NCBI GenBank assembly: GCA_031424935.1
Contig: JANPIK010000015.1
Coordinates: 46,254-110,253 of the forward strand
Direction: 5' to 3'
DNA from: Polaromonas sp.
Lineage (GTDB): Bacteria; Pseudomonadota; Gammaproteobacteria; Burkholderiales; Burkholderiaceae_C
DNA: 64,000 nucleotides
Shown in pieces: positions 26,668 to 37,171 of the stretch. The notes beneath the pieces are model-generated. The model saw nothing but the letters and a program-made list of their open reading frames with translations. It was not told the origin of the DNA and ran no database searches. How positions within the stretch are numbered: position 1 is the stretch's first letter; the number at the start of each line of letters is the position of its first letter. The position numbers were made by a program, and so were the translations under genes.

Positions 26668-27699
26668 TTATTTTTGGCCCCGAAGTTTGACCAACTGATT
26701 TTGCGTTTCAATCCAGGTTTCCATACCCACTTCAGCAGCGATTTGCGCATAAACGCGGGTCAGCTTGTTGCGCATTCGGTCAGCTTCGGCCCTTGGCAAT
26801 TCATTGACTTGCATGCCTTTGGCTTTGAGGTCGGCAACCGCTTTGGCGGCTTCTTCACGGGTGTCCTTACGCTCAAAGTCGCGGCTCAGTTTGGCGGCGT
26901 CGTTCAGCACCTTTTGCTCGGCACCTGACAAGCCATCCCACCACTTTTTGCTGACCAGCACAATCCACGGGCTATAGACGTGGTTGGTCACCGTCAGGTA
27001 CTTTTGTACCTCATAAAACTTGCTTGACAAAATGGTGTTGTATGGGTTTTCCTGGCCGTCAACCGTCTTGGTTTCTAGCGCACCAAACAATTCTGAAAAC
27101 GACATGGGCACCGCATTGGCACCTAATGTATTAAAGCTGTTTAAGAACACGTTGTTTTGCATCACGCGCAGCTTGATGCCGTCAAAGTCTTCCATTTTGT
27201 TGACCGGGCGCTTGCTGTTGGTCAGGTTTCTGAAGCCATTTTCCCAATACACCAAACCCACCAGTCCTTTATCTTGCAACTTGGCTTTGATTTTGTCGCC
27301 GATGGGGCCATCTAACAGGGCGTCGGCTTCTTGCGCGTTGCTGAATAAAAACGGGGTGTCCCAAAGCGCCATTTCTTTGGTGATTCCGACCAGCGTGGCG
27401 GTTGATCCCACCATCATTTCTTGTGCGCCGCCAACCAGGGCTTGCTGCATTTGTGTATCGGGGCCGAGAGCGGCGGCACCGATGGCTCGTACCTTCATCT
27501 TGCCGCCTGAGGCTTTCTCAACGGCGTCAGCAAATACCTTGGCCGCACGGCCCTGGTTGCTGGCTTCGTTCAGGCCATAGCCAAAGCGAATCAGTCGCGG
27601 TTTGATGTCTTGTGACAGCGCTGCAAACGGGGCAGCCAATGTGGCGACGGTGGCCGCTGCAATCAGAGTTCGGCGAAAGACATGGTGTAAGGGAATCAT
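26668..27699 (-). CDS. TRAP transporter substrate-binding protein (DctP family)
   Basis: Signal peptide followed by the typical DctP fold sequence (RFGYGLNEASNQGRAAKVFAD..., ENGFRNLTNSKRPV). Confidence 0.88.
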   Translation of the reverse strand: MIPLHHVFRRTLIAAATVATLAAPFAALSQDIKPRLIRFGYGLNEASNQGRAAKVFADAVEKASGGKMKVRAIGAAALGPDTQMQQALVGGAQEMMVGSTATLVGITKEMALWDTPFLFSNAQEADALLDGPIGDKIKAKLQDKGLVGLVYWENGFRNLTNSKRPVNKMEDFDGIKLRVMQNNVFLNSFNTLGANAVPMSFSELFGALETKTVDGQENPYNTILSSKFYEVQKYLTVTNHVYSPWIVLVSKKWWDGLSGAEQKVLNDAAKLSRDFERKDTREEAAKAVADLKAKGMQVNELPRAEADRMRNKLTRVYAQIAAEVGMETWIETQNQLVKLRGQK

Positions 27700-27779
27700 A
27701 AAAAGTCTCCGTTGGTTGTGGTGAAAATTACAGGGGGAAATGATGCGGGGAAAACTGTTGCGGGGGGAGTCAAGAACCG

Positions 27780-29081
27780 CTACCGCATCCAGGCCACGGG
27801 CGCTGTCACGATCTGGGGGAAAACGACAAAAGTAGCCAAGATGATCAGGTAAGTGATGAGGAATGGATTCACGCCCTTGATGACCTGATGCATTGAGATG
27901 CGGCCTACGCCTGCCACCACATTGAGCACGGTGCCGACGGGCGGCGTGATCAGGCCGATTGCGCCATTCAAAATAAACATCAAGCCAAAGTACACGGGGT
28001 CAATACCGGCTTTGACAGCGATAGGCAACATCACTGGGGCAAAAATCAAAATGGTTGGCGTCAAGTCGAGCGCAGTGCCAATCACGATCAGTGCCACCAT
28101 CATGACTGCCATCAACAGGCGCGGGTTGTCAACCAAGGGGCCGAGCCAACTGACCAGCACGCTCGGCAAATCAGCCAGCGTAATCATGTAGCTGGCCACT
28201 TGAGCCCCCGCACACAAGAACATCACAATTGCAGTGGTTTTGGCAGCGCGAACCAGTACGCCGTTGATCTCGGTAAGCTTCATTTCGCGGTGGATGAAAA
28301 GCGCCACCACCAGCGCATAAAACGCTGCCACAACGGCTGCTTCAGTCGGTGTAAAAATACCTGTTTTCATGCCGCCGATGATGATGAGCGGCATCATCAG
28401 TGCCCAAAACGCTTTGACTGTCGCCTGAATTTTTCCTTTGAGCGGTAGGGCAGTGCTGGACGGTAAATCAAGCTTGCGCAGCACGAGATTCCACGCCACG
28501 ATCAGGCCCACGCCCATGATGAGGCCGGGCACAATGCCCGAAATGAACAGCGCTGAAATTGATGTGTTGGTGGTCACGCCATAAATCACAAACGGCATGG
28601 ACGGCGGGATGATGGGCGCAATGATGCCGCCCGATGCAATCAAGCCCGCAGACGTGTGCATGGGGTAACCTTGACTGCGCATCATTGGCAACAAAATGGT
28701 GGCCAACGCTGCGGTGTCGGCCAAGGCTGAGCCGCTCATGGATGCCATCAGCACAGCGGCCCCAATGGCCACATAACCCAGCCCGCCGCGGATATGGCCC
28801 ACCCAGGCCTGCGCCATGGTGATGATGCGCCCGCTGATCCCACCGGAGTTCATCAATTCCCCCGCCAATATAAAGAACGGTACCGCCAGCAGCGGGAAGC
28901 TGTCGACGCCAGCCACCAGGTTTTGCGCCAGCAGTTGCGTGTCCCAAAAGTCCAGCACCCAGGCCATGCCTGCGCCCGTCAGCACCAAGGCCAGCGCCAT
29001 GTTCATGCCGATACCCATCAGCAGCAGCATGCCTGCTGAAAAGACGATAAAAGCCGCGGCTTCATTAGATAGTCCGAACAT
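27780..29081 (-). CDS. TRAP transporter large permease (DctM family)
   Basis: 433 aa polytopic protein with DctM-like motifs (PFFILAGELMNSGGIS, GIIIPPSIP-like GGIIAPIIPPSMPFVIYG). Confidence 0.9.
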   Translation of the reverse strand: MFGLSNEAAAFIVFSAGMLLLMGIGMNMALALVLTGAGMAWVLDFWDTQLLAQNLVAGVDSFPLLAVPFFILAGELMNSGGISGRIITMAQAWVGHIRGGLGYVAIGAAVLMASMSGSALADTAALATILLPMMRSQGYPMHTSAGLIASGGIIAPIIPPSMPFVIYGVTTNTSISALFISGIVPGLIMGVGLIVAWNLVLRKLDLPSSTALPLKGKIQATVKAFWALMMPLIIIGGMKTGIFTPTEAAVVAAFYALVVALFIHREMKLTEINGVLVRAAKTTAIVMFLCAGAQVASYMITLADLPSVLVSWLGPLVDNPRLLMAVMMVALIVIGTALDLTPTILIFAPVMLPIAVKAGIDPVYFGLMFILNGAIGLITPPVGTVLNVVAGVGRISMHQVIKGVNPFLITYLIILATFVVFPQIVTAPVAWMR

Positions 29082-29086
29082 CGTGA

Positions 29087-29587
29087 TTACTCCACTTCAA
29101 CGCCGTGACCGAGGTCCAGCGGGGTTTGTTTGATCAATTCAATGAGCGCCATCACAGCAATTGCGGCTGTACATAACAGGGCAGGCAAGGGCAGCAGCGC
29201 GGTTGAATAACCCATCACCACTGATTTGCCGCCCAAGCCAGCCAGCACTTGTTGCCATGCACCCCAGGCCACCAGACTGCTGCCTAATATGACGAGTAGC
29301 CGGATCACAACGGTCGCGGCGTGCATGGCAAGGGGGCGATGGCGCAGCAGGGCCACCAGCGAGGTAAACGCCATGTGTTCACCCGCAGGGTAAGCGGCAG
29401 TGGCACCGATGAACACCATCCATACAAACAGCAGGCGGCTCAACTCTTCGCTTGCAGCAATGCCGCTGCCAAAGCCGTAACGCAGCACCACATTGATGAA
29501 CACCGCAACGGCCATCACGCCCAGACAACTTGCCATCAACACGTTGCAGATTTTTTGAAATGGTTTGGTTGCGCCGTCAGTTGTCAT
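29087..29587 (-). CDS. TRAP transporter small permease (DctQ family)
   Basis: About 166 aa and 4 TM helices. The start ATG at 29587 overlaps the gntK stop (ATGA). The track ORF extends further into gntK. Confidence 0.8.
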   Translation of the reverse strand: MTTDGATKPFQKICNVLMASCLGVMAVAVFINVVLRYGFGSGIAASEELSRLLFVWMVFIGATAAYPAGEHMAFTSLVALLRHRPLAMHAATVVIRLLVILGSSLVAWGAWQQVLAGLGGKSVVMGYSTALLPLPALLCTAAIAVMALIELIKQTPLDLGHGVEVE

Positions 29588-30114
29588 ACTTTTTCTTCCA
29601 GGGCGGTGTGATGTGCGCCAAGCCAAGCGCAGCTTTGTGCCACAAGCTGCGCCAAAGGTGCCATGCCATCTACGCACAGCACGCCTGCTTCGCCTGTAGG
29701 CGGCTCTAGCGTGGTGAACTGGCTTTCAACCAGACTGGTTGAAAAAAAATGTGACGCTGCACGCTCGGTCACGCGGGCAAGCGCATGTTCCGGGCTGATG
29801 TCAAGATACACAAAGCGCAAACCGGGCGCAGCCTGCCGGAGCCGATCGCGGTAAATGGCTTTGAGGGCCGAGCAGGTCAACACCACGCCACCCGGATGGC
29901 CCTGCAAGGCGCCGGCCAGTGTCCCTAGCCAGCCATCTCTGTCTGCATCGGTCAGGGCAATGCCCTCACGCATCTTGTTCAGACTCTCTGGGCTGTGGTG
30001 GTCATCCCCCTCAATCAAGTTCATACCTAATTGCTGCGCGACTGCCGAAGCCAAGCTGGACTTGCCACATCCAGCGACCCCCATGATGATGACGGAAGGC
30101 AAATTTCTGTTCAT
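29584..30114 (-). CDS. gntK: gluconokinase
   Basis: P-loop VIIMGVAGCGKSSLA, then EGDDHHSPESLNKMREGIALTDADRDGWL, typical of GntK/IdnK. 176 aa. Confidence 0.9.
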   Translation of the reverse strand: MNRNLPSVIIMGVAGCGKSSLASAVAQQLGMNLIEGDDHHSPESLNKMREGIALTDADRDGWLGTLAGALQGHPGGVVLTCSALKAIYRDRLRQAAPGLRFVYLDISPEHALARVTERAASHFFSTSLVESQFTTLEPPTGEAGVLCVDGMAPLAQLVAQSCAWLGAHHTALEEKV

Positions 30115-30115
30115 T

Positions 30116-30129
30116 GGACAGCGCTATCC
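30116..30129. promoter_or_regulatory. LacI-type operator (one mismatch) overlapping the gntK ribosome-binding region
   Basis: GGACAGCGCTATCC differs at one position from the perfect palindrome at 30222-30235. It sits 2 nt from the gntK start codon. Confidence 0.6.
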
Positions 30130-30221
30130 TAATTAAATTAAAAAAATCACGTCAAACAAGAAAACACCATCGTTGTAAAAATGGCTGAGGCCAGACAAAT
30201 TTAAACTGTGACATTTCTTTT

Positions 30222-30235
30222 GGATAGCGCTATCC
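30222..30235. promoter_or_regulatory. LacI-type operator, perfect 14-bp palindrome
   Basis: GGATAGCGCTATCC lies in the divergent gntK / LacI-regulator intergenic region. Confidence 0.65.
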
Positions 30236-30288
30236 TATGTAAACTTAGTCCTGACGCGAATCCGTAAAAACCCTTATTTGACAACCGC

Positions 30289-31314
30289 ATGAGTCCCAGC
30301 AAAACCCGACCCAGAGCCACAGGACGTGTCACGCTAGCAGACGTTGCTCGCGCTGCCGGTGTCAGTCCGATTACCGTGTCACGCGCGCTTCGTGGTGAGC
30401 GTGCGGTTGACATGGCGTTGGTCGGGCGGGTGCAAGAAGCGGTCAACAAACTGGGTTATGTCCCTGACCCTGCTGCGCGCGCCCTGGCGTCTCGCCACAG
30501 CTCGCACGTGGCTATCTTGATACCCATGTTGTCCAACACTTTGTTTGTTGACTTGCTTGAGGCTGCACAGCACACACTGCGTGTTGCGGGTTACCAGACG
30601 CTGATGGCAGTGACCCATTACAACGCCAGTGAAGAAGAGCATCTGCTGCGGGAGCAACTGCTGCATCGCCCGGCGGGTTTGTTGGTTACCGGTTTTGAAC
30701 GCAGTGAGGCGACCCGGCAATTGATTGCCAAGAGCGGCGTGCCGTGTGTGCATTTGATGGAATCCAGCGGAAACCCTGATGTCTACAGTGTTGGGTTTTC
30801 GCAACAAGACGCCAGCGCACTGATGGTGAGGCATTTGCTGCAAAAGGGCCGCAGGCGCGTTGCGTTTGCCGCCGCACAGCTGGACCCGCGCACCCTGCAG
30901 CGAATGGAAGGTTTCAGGGTTGAGATGCGCAAAGCGGGCCTGTACGATGCCCGCCTCGAGTGGTTGAACCCCGCACCTTCGTCGTTGGCACTGGGCGGGC
31001 AGATGTTTGAACAAATCATGAGCCAACAACCCCCCGTTGACGCCATCTTTTTTTGCAACGATGACCTCGCGCAAGGCGCATTGTTGGCAGCATTGCGGCT
31101 AAACATCAAAGTACCGCAAAAAGTAGCTATTGCAGGCTTTAACGACCTGCCTGGCAGCGACCAAATGCTGCCGCCACTCACTTCGGTACGCACCCCCCGG
31201 GCTGCCATCGGTACGGCCGCTGCAGGCATGTTGATCCAACTGATGCGGGGAGAAACTGTCGCTACGCCAAGCGTGAATGTGGCTTATGAGTTGGTGGTGC
31301 GCGAAAGTGCTTGA
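30289..31314 (+). CDS. LacI family transcriptional regulator (gluconate repressor-like)
   Basis: [26 protein letters not shown]. Periplasmic-binding-fold effector domain. Divergent from the gntK-TRAP operon. Confidence 0.88.
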   Translation: MSPSKTRPRATGRVTLADVARAAGVSPITVSRALRGERAVDMALVGRVQEAVNKLGYVPDPAARALASRHSSHVAILIPMLSNTLFVDLLEAAQHTLRVAGYQTLMAVTHYNASEEEHLLREQLLHRPAGLLVTGFERSEATRQLIAKSGVPCVHLMESSGNPDVYSVGFSQQDASALMVRHLLQKGRRRVAFAAAQLDPRTLQRMEGFRVEMRKAGLYDARLEWLNPAPSSLALGGQMFEQIMSQQPPVDAIFFCNDDLAQGALLAALRLNIKVPQKVAIAGFNDLPGSDQMLPPLTSVRTPRAAIGTAAAGMLIQLMRGETVATPSVNVAYELVVRESA

Positions 31315-32396
31315 GCGATGGTCTCGCCTAATGCCAACGCACAGGTCAAACCTGGTGACTCCAAGCCAAACAAATTTATCAGGCCCGGCACACCGTGAAC
31401 CGCCTCGCCTTGAATGACAAAGTCGCCGGCAGGTTCACCCGGCCCCTGTAACTTGGGGCGGATACCGGCGTAGCTGGCGTGCAGTGCGCCGTCGGTTAAA
31501 GCGGGCCAATATTTGCGAATTTCTGCATAAAAAGCATCGCCTCTGGCAGGGTCAACCGTCAGGTCGTCGGGTGAATCGACCCATTCGACATCTGGGCCAA
31601 ACCTGGCTTGGCCGCTCAGGTCAATGGTGAGATGCACACCTAGCCCCGCAGCTTCTGGCACGGGGTAAATCAGGCGGCTAAAGGGAGACTTGGCATTTAA
31701 GCTGAAGTAATTGCCTTTGGCCCAAAAGGTCGGCGGTACATGGCGGGCATCCAGGCCTTTGATGCGGCAGGCAAGCGCAGGAGCGCTCAAGCCGGCGGCA
31801 TTGACCACGCAATTGGCTAATAAGCCAGTGCCGTCTGCTGCTATGAGTTCAATAGCTGAAGGCCTAGCGTTTAATTGGGCCACGGGTGTATTTAATACAA
31901 CACAACCGCCTGCATGTTCAATATCCCCAACAAGCGACAACATCAATTCATGGCTGTCAACGATGCCGGAACTGGGCGAGTAAACAGCAGCAACGCATTC
32001 GAGCGCAGGCTCCATCGCCTGAGCCTGCGCACGGGTCAGCAGCACCAAGTCTTGCACGCCATTTGACGCTGCTTTGGCCATGATGCCCTGCAGTTGCCCA
32101 ACCTGCGCCTGGGTGGTTGCCACCAGCAGTTTGCCGCAGCGGCGGTGACCGATGCCGCGCTGGGCGCAGTAGTCGTAGAGCAGCTGTTTGCCCTGCACGC
32201 ACAGTTGCGCTTTGAGCGAGCCTGCTGGGTAATAAATGCCAGCATGGATGACTTCACTGTTGCGCGAACTGGTGCCTGTGCCCACGGCGTTTGCGGCCTC
32301 CAGCACCATGACCTCTCTGCCCCTGAGTGCCAGCGCCCGGGCCACGGCCAGGCCCACCACGCCCGCGCCTATGACAATGCCATCGACCTTGTCCAA
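31284..32396 (-). CDS. FAD-dependent oxidoreductase (LhgO/L-2-hydroxyglutarate oxidase-like)
   Basis: Dinucleotide fold [29 protein letters not shown], then [17 protein letters not shown] start at 32396 with AAGGA 7 nt upstream is preferred over the Cys-rich track extension to 32477. Confidence 0.75.
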   Translation of the reverse strand: MDKVDGIVIGAGVVGLAVARALALRGREVMVLEAANAVGTGTSSRNSEVIHAGIYYPAGSLKAQLCVQGKQLLYDYCAQRGIGHRRCGKLLVATTQAQVGQLQGIMAKAASNGVQDLVLLTRAQAQAMEPALECVAAVYSPSSGIVDSHELMLSLVGDIEHAGGCVVLNTPVAQLNARPSAIELIAADGTGLLANCVVNAAGLSAPALACRIKGLDARHVPPTFWAKGNYFSLNAKSPFSRLIYPVPEAAGLGVHLTIDLSGQARFGPDVEWVDSPDDLTVDPARGDAFYAEIRKYWPALTDGALHASYAGIRPKLQGPGEPAGDFVIQGEAVHGVPGLINLFGLESPGLTCALALGETIAQALSRTTNS

Positions 32397-32406
32397 ATTT
32401 TTATCC

Positions 32407-33264
32407 TTACAACAATCGGGTGTCGGTTTGCAGCAGCAGCTGCACCAGCGATTGCAAATGCTGTTTAAGTGGGTCAAATCCCGGCGTCATCTCTAGCGTG
32501 GCTTCATTCATGTACAGCTTTCGGTTGATTTCCAGCTGAATGCTGTGCCGCTGGTGAGGCGGACTGCTGTAGCGCCTGACCAGCTCAACGCCCTTATAAG
32601 GGTGGTTGTAGGCGACGCTGTAACCCAGGCTTTTGAAATGCTCGCAGATCCGCTGCGACAGCACTGGGTTTGCAGTGGTGCCGTCCCGGTCACCGACCAC
32701 AAAATCGGCATGCGCTTCGCCGGGAAAATCGGTGGCGTTGCTCGATGCAATGGCAGGCATTGAATGGCAATTGATATGCATGCAATAGCCATGCGCTGCG
32801 TGCGCGGCATCAACTGCAGCAGCCACGGCTGCATGGTACGGTTGCCAGCAATTGGCAATCCGCGCATTAACCTCTGCCACGCTGAGCTGGCGGTCATAAA
32901 TCGGCAAACCATCATCTGTGGTGCGCCAAATCAGGCCCTTGCCAAGCCGGACCTTTGACATCACTTTGGCGTCAGTTTCAATCACCCCGGGCCAAGACTC
33001 GTCAAGCAAGGTCTCGTCAATCTCGGTCGTGTTGCGGTTAGCGTCCAGATAGCTGCGGGGAAAATGCGCTTCGACCCAATGCACGCCCCAAGCAGGTGCA
33101 AAGTCGTACAGTTTTTCAACGTGCGTGTCTTCAGCACGGCGCAAAGCCAGTGCATCGCACGCGTACAAAAAGTCCGGCGGATAGGTCGTGCCACTGTGCG
33201 GCGAGTCCAGCACCAGCGCACTGTTGCCCGGCAAATAGCGGATCATGGAGACCTGAGTTTTCAT
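32407..33264 (-). CDS. N-formylglutamate amidohydrolase family protein
   Basis: [23 protein letters not shown] and HINCHSMP are hallmark FGase-family motifs. Confidence 0.8.
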   Translation of the reverse strand: MKTQVSMIRYLPGNSALVLDSPHSGTTYPPDFLYACDALALRRAEDTHVEKLYDFAPAWGVHWVEAHFPRSYLDANRNTTEIDETLLDESWPGVIETDAKVMSKVRLGKGLIWRTTDDGLPIYDRQLSVAEVNARIANCWQPYHAAVAAAVDAAHAAHGYCMHINCHSMPAIASSNATDFPGEAHADFVVGDRDGTTANPVLSQRICEHFKSLGYSVAYNHPYKGVELVRRYSSPPHQRHSIQLEINRKLYMNEATLEMTPGFDPLKQHLQSLVQLLLQTDTRLL

Positions 33265-33335
33265 GTTTGAGATTGTGCCTTTCTCCAGGGGCGGTTTGCG
33301 CCCCCGGCTAATTAGCAACACGCTGGCCGGGTGCA

Positions 33336-34307
33336 TCAGTCCAGGCTGATCTTGGCAAATTTTGCAATGCGCTGCATTTTGTCGATCTCTTTTTTAATTT
33401 GCATTGCAAAGTCGTCTGGTGCTGTTCCTGATGCAAACAAACCCTGTGCCGACAGCTTGTCCTTAAGGGCCGGTTCAGTTAATGCCAACACCACCGCTTC
33501 GTTGATGCGTTTGACAACCGCTGCAGGCGTGCCAGCGGGCGCAACCAAGCCAAACCACGACGGATCATTGTTTGAAAAAAGCGTCAGTTCGCCATAAGTC
33601 GGCACTTTGGGCAAAACATCAAGCCGTTTGCCCCACGACACGGCAATTGCCCGCAATTTACCCGACTGAATAAACGGCAGCGACGACGCAACCTGGTCAA
33701 AGTACAGATTGACTTGCCCAGCAATCACGTCGTTGAGCGCTGGGCCAGCGCCACGGTAGGGGATGTGCACCATGAAGGTATTGGTGGTGCTTTTAAACAA
33801 TTCCCCCCACATGTGACCAATCGTGCCGTTGCCAGGTGATGCAAACGTGACTTTGCCTGGGTTGGCTTTGAGGTATTTGATCAATTCAGCATAGTTAGTC
33901 ACCGGCAATGCCGCGTTGACCACCAGCACGCCCGGCGCTTTGACGAGTTCAGTGACAGGCGCGAAATCTTTGATCGGGTCATAGGGCAGCTTTTTGTACA
34001 CCGAAGGGTTAACGCCGTGAGTTGATAACGTGGCGACGCCCAGGGTGAGGCCATCGGGCATGGCTTTGGCCACCTCACTCATGCCGATCGAGCCGCCTGC
34101 TCCGGCGCGGTTTTCAACGATCACGGGCTGGCCCAAAATACGCGACAAAGGCTCAGCCATCGAACGGGCAGTGATGTCAGTGGCACCACCCGGCGGAAAC
34201 GGCACTACCAGCCTCAAGGCCTTGGCTGATTGAGAGTAAACCAGTCCTGGCAGTAATGATGTTGCCGTGACCGCTGCAAGACTTTGAAGAAGATGACGTT
34301 TTAGCAT
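33336..34307 (-). CDS. Bug-family tripartite tricarboxylate transporter substrate-binding protein (orphan TctC-like)
   Basis: Signal peptide MLKRHLLQSLAAVTATSLLPGLVYS, then LRLVVPFPPGGATDITARS, YRGAGPALNDVIAGQV. Confidence 0.88.
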   Translation of the reverse strand: MLKRHLLQSLAAVTATSLLPGLVYSQSAKALRLVVPFPPGGATDITARSMAEPLSRILGQPVIVENRAGAGGSIGMSEVAKAMPDGLTLGVATLSTHGVNPSVYKKLPYDPIKDFAPVTELVKAPGVLVVNAALPVTNYAELIKYLKANPGKVTFASPGNGTIGHMWGELFKSTTNTFMVHIPYRGAGPALNDVIAGQVNLYFDQVASSLPFIQSGKLRAIAVSWGKRLDVLPKVPTYGELTLFSNNDPSWFGLVAPAGTPAAVVKRINEAVVLALTEPALKDKLSAQGLFASGTAPDDFAMQIKKEIDKMQRIAKFAKISLD

Positions 34308-34413
34308 GTGAGGCCCTGTGTTGTGGTGATGACCGATTGTGTAAGCCAATGTGCCTGACGACAAATGATGTTTCAGACTAAGTTCATTCCAAAAACGACT
34401 AAACTTCTGCACG

Positions 34414-35310
34414 ATGAAACGATTACAACCGCCGTTGCATTTACTCAATGCGTTCATCACCACTGCGCGTTACGGCAGCGTGTCTCGTGCATCGGAGGCG
34501 CTGCACTTGGGCCAGAGTGCTGTCAGTAAACAAATCGCCGAGCTGGAAAGCATGACGGGCGTGCTGCTGTTTGAGCGCGTTCGCAAACGGTTGGTACTGA
34601 GCCCTGCAGGGACGCGTTACGAAAACGCGGTCAAACCTTTGCTTGCACAGCTTGAGGCTGCAACGCTTGACTTAATCACCAGCAGCGATGGTGGTGGCGC
34701 GCTTCATCTTTCTACCCTGCCTACTTTTGGCGCCAAATACCTGATACCACGACTGCCTGCCTTCCAGTCGCTACACCCGCAAATCACGTTGCATTTTGTG
34801 CCTTACGTTCAGGGTTACGACTTCACGCGCGCTGACCTCGACTGCTCTATTTTGTTTGGCGATGGCCATTGGCCGGGCGCGGTGGCAGAGTACATCGCGG
34901 GTCATGAAATGGCACTGATTGCGCCCCCCGCATTGGCGCAGCGCATTACCCAAGCGCGAGACCTGGTGGGCATGACGCTGCTGCACCATGTCAGCGTGCC
35001 CCATGCCTGGGCGCAGTGGGCCACCGTGCACGGCCTAAGCAGCGCGGCTGGTTTTAACCCCATGGCCGGGCCACAACTGGACCAGTTTCACAGCCTTATA
35101 CGCGCTGTGATGGCCGGCATGGGCGTCGCCTTGGTGCCGTATTGTTTGGTCAAGGACGACCTGGCGGCAGGCCTGGTGTCTGCCCCCTTTCAAGCTGCCT
35201 GCTGGGGCGGATACATGGGGGACATGGGGTACTACCTGTGCTACCCCGAGGCGCGCAGACATTTGCCGCCTTTGGCCCACTTCAAGGATTGGCTGCTGCA
35301 CGGCCGGTAA
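34414..35310 (+). CDS. LysR family transcriptional regulator (GcvA-like)
   Basis: HTH LHLLNAFITTARYGSVSRASEALHLGQSAVSKQIAELE. Divergent from the Bug/FGase/oxidoreductase genes. Confidence 0.9.
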   Translation: MKRLQPPLHLLNAFITTARYGSVSRASEALHLGQSAVSKQIAELESMTGVLLFERVRKRLVLSPAGTRYENAVKPLLAQLEAATLDLITSSDGGGALHLSTLPTFGAKYLIPRLPAFQSLHPQITLHFVPYVQGYDFTRADLDCSILFGDGHWPGAVAEYIAGHEMALIAPPALAQRITQARDLVGMTLLHHVSVPHAWAQWATVHGLSSAAGFNPMAGPQLDQFHSLIRAVMAGMGVALVPYCLVKDDLAAGLVSAPFQAACWGGYMGDMGYYLCYPEARRHLPPLAHFKDWLLHGR

Positions 35311-35503
35311 AGCTTTGCAGCGGGGGTCGGACGGTCGTGTTGTGACGCTTTGCCCTAGGCTGATGCTGCGTCCTACACGTGCCATCACACCGTGCCTACA
35401 GGGGTTTGGATGCCGGGTCACTACATTGAATCCATCTTTTAACTCGCGTGCACACACGCCATAAAAGTATTGGCTGACTTCCCCACATCAAAAAGGATTA
35501 AAT

Positions 35504-36148
35504 GTGAAAACTCCCTTCAAAACCTCATTGACTTCAATGGCTTCAATATCGTCAGTTGCTTCGCTTGTCATGGCAGCGCTTAGCTTGACACTGGCAACGG
35601 GTGCGCAGGCCCAGTCCAATATGTCGTCAAATTCGGGCAGTGGTTATTCCATGATGTCCCCCGGTTCGGCCTACCTTGGTTTTAATGCAGGCCAATCCAA
35701 CTTCCGGATTGGCAACGGTAATGGCTTGTTTGGCAGTGAGCAACGTAAAACGGCGTATAGCCTGTATGGCGGCAGCTACTTCAATGACTATTTGGGCTTG
35801 GAGCTGGGCTACACCGACTTTGGCCGCGTCAATCGCGGTGGCGGCAGCACCAAGGCTGAGGGCTTTAACATCGATTTGGTGGGCAAATTGCCGCTGAGCC
35901 CTTCGTTTAACCTGCTTGGACGCTTGGGCACCACCTACGGCCGTACCGATGTCTCGTCTAATCCCGCTTCGGGCGTGGTGGCGGGTAAACAAACCGGTTG
36001 GGGCGGCAATTATGGTCTTGGGGCTGAATTTGCGTTTAATCAGCAACTGTCTGCCGTGCTGCAATACGATGAATACAACTTGAAATTTGCGAGCGGCAAC
36101 CGTGACCGCATCAACGTCACCAGCCTGGGTTTGCGTTACAAGTTCTGA
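35504..36148 (+). CDS. OmpA-like 8-stranded outer membrane beta-barrel protein
   Basis: Signal peptide ending TGAQA, alternating G/Y/aromatic beta-strand pattern, C-terminal LGLRYKF. GTG start. Confidence 0.75.
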   Translation: MKTPFKTSLTSMASISSVASLVMAALSLTLATGAQAQSNMSSNSGSGYSMMSPGSAYLGFNAGQSNFRIGNGNGLFGSEQRKTAYSLYGGSYFNDYLGLELGYTDFGRVNRGGGSTKAEGFNIDLVGKLPLSPSFNLLGRLGTTYGRTDVSSNPASGVVAGKQTGWGGNYGLGAEFAFNQQLSAVLQYDEYNLKFASGNRDRINVTSLGLRYKF

Positions 36149-36160
36149 GGAGGATAAGGT

Positions 36161-36225
36161 GGGCGCTACCAGTTTAATAGCTGTGAGCGCCCTAAATTCT
36201 TGGGCCCAGCAGGTAAACCCTTAAA
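36161..36225 (+). repeat. REP-like dispersed intergenic repeat, copy F (second subfamily)
   Basis: gggcgctaccagtttaatagctgtgagcgccctaaattcttgggcccagcagg... It matches the reverse complement of copy D. Confidence 0.6.
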
Positions 36226-36293
36226 ATCGAGCTCCTAAACCAGCACTTGTTGAGCCGTGCGGTGCGCCAAGGCAAATTTGATTCGGTTGCTGG

Positions 36294-37079
36294 TTAACTT
36301 AATGCAATGTCGACAACCACCGGCACGTGATCGCTGGGACGTTCGTTTTTACGCGGCAGCTTATCAATGTGGCAGCTTTTGACCCGCGGTTTCAGCAGCT
36401 CGCTGACCAAAATGTGGTCAATTCGCAGCCCACGGTTTCTTCTGAAGGCAAACTCCCGATAGTCCCACCACGAATAGCTCTTCTCGGGCTGCTCAAACAG
36501 GCGAAACGCGTCCGTCAAGCCCAAGTTAATCAAAGCTTGAAAATGTTGCCGCTCTTCAGTGCTGTGGTGGATGGTGCCGCGCAAGCCCTCAGGGTCATAG
36601 GTATCGCGGTCATCAACGGTAATGTTGAAGTCGCCCACCAACACCAAGCGAGAATGGTTAGCCAGCTCACGCTGGACCATCGAGTTCAAACCGTCTAGCC
36701 ATTTCATTTTGTAGGCAAACTTTTCACTGTCGAGTGCTTGGCCATTGACAAAGTAGCCGTTTATCAGCCGAAGGTCGCCTTGCGGCGTATCCAGCGTCGC
36801 GGTGATCACGCGTGACTGATCGTCTTCGAATCCGAGGATGTTTTTCAAGACATCGCGCGGCGATTGGCGACTCAAAATGGCGACACCGTTGTAAGTTCTT
36901 TGACCTAAAAACACACTCTGGTAGCCCACATCTGCAAACGCTTGAACCGGGAATTTTTCGTCTGTCAGCTTGAGTTCTTGCAAACACAGCGCATCCACCG
37001 GGTTGCTGGCCAGCCAGTCGATGACTTGCGGCAGCCGTACAGGCAGTGAGTTGACATTCCAAGTGGCTATTTGGGTCAT
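36294..37079 (-). CDS. xth: exodeoxyribonuclease III
   Basis: IATWNVNS, CLQELK, GDFN and PSDHVPV are the canonical EEP/ExoIII motifs. Confidence 0.93.
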   Translation of the reverse strand: MTQIATWNVNSLPVRLPQVIDWLASNPVDALCLQELKLTDEKFPVQAFADVGYQSVFLGQRTYNGVAILSRQSPRDVLKNILGFEDDQSRVITATLDTPQGDLRLINGYFVNGQALDSEKFAYKMKWLDGLNSMVQRELANHSRLVLVGDFNITVDDRDTYDPEGLRGTIHHSTEERQHFQALINLGLTDAFRLFEQPEKSYSWWDYREFAFRRNRGLRIDHILVSELLKPRVKSCHIDKLPRKNERPSDHVPVVVDIALS

Positions 37080-37171
37080 ATTAAAAGTAAATTAGGTCTT
37101 GACCCTTGTTTTTTGTGGGCCGCATGCTACTGAATGCATAGCAAAAAATATGCCACATCAAGTGCTTCGCA

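Noticed and set aside
34336-34350. The ATTGTGTAAGCCAAT dyad as a LysR T-N11-A box.
   Set aside because: It is plausible and is mentioned in a finding. However, such short A/T dyads occur by chance, and I cannot verify it without comparative data, so it is not listed as a feature.
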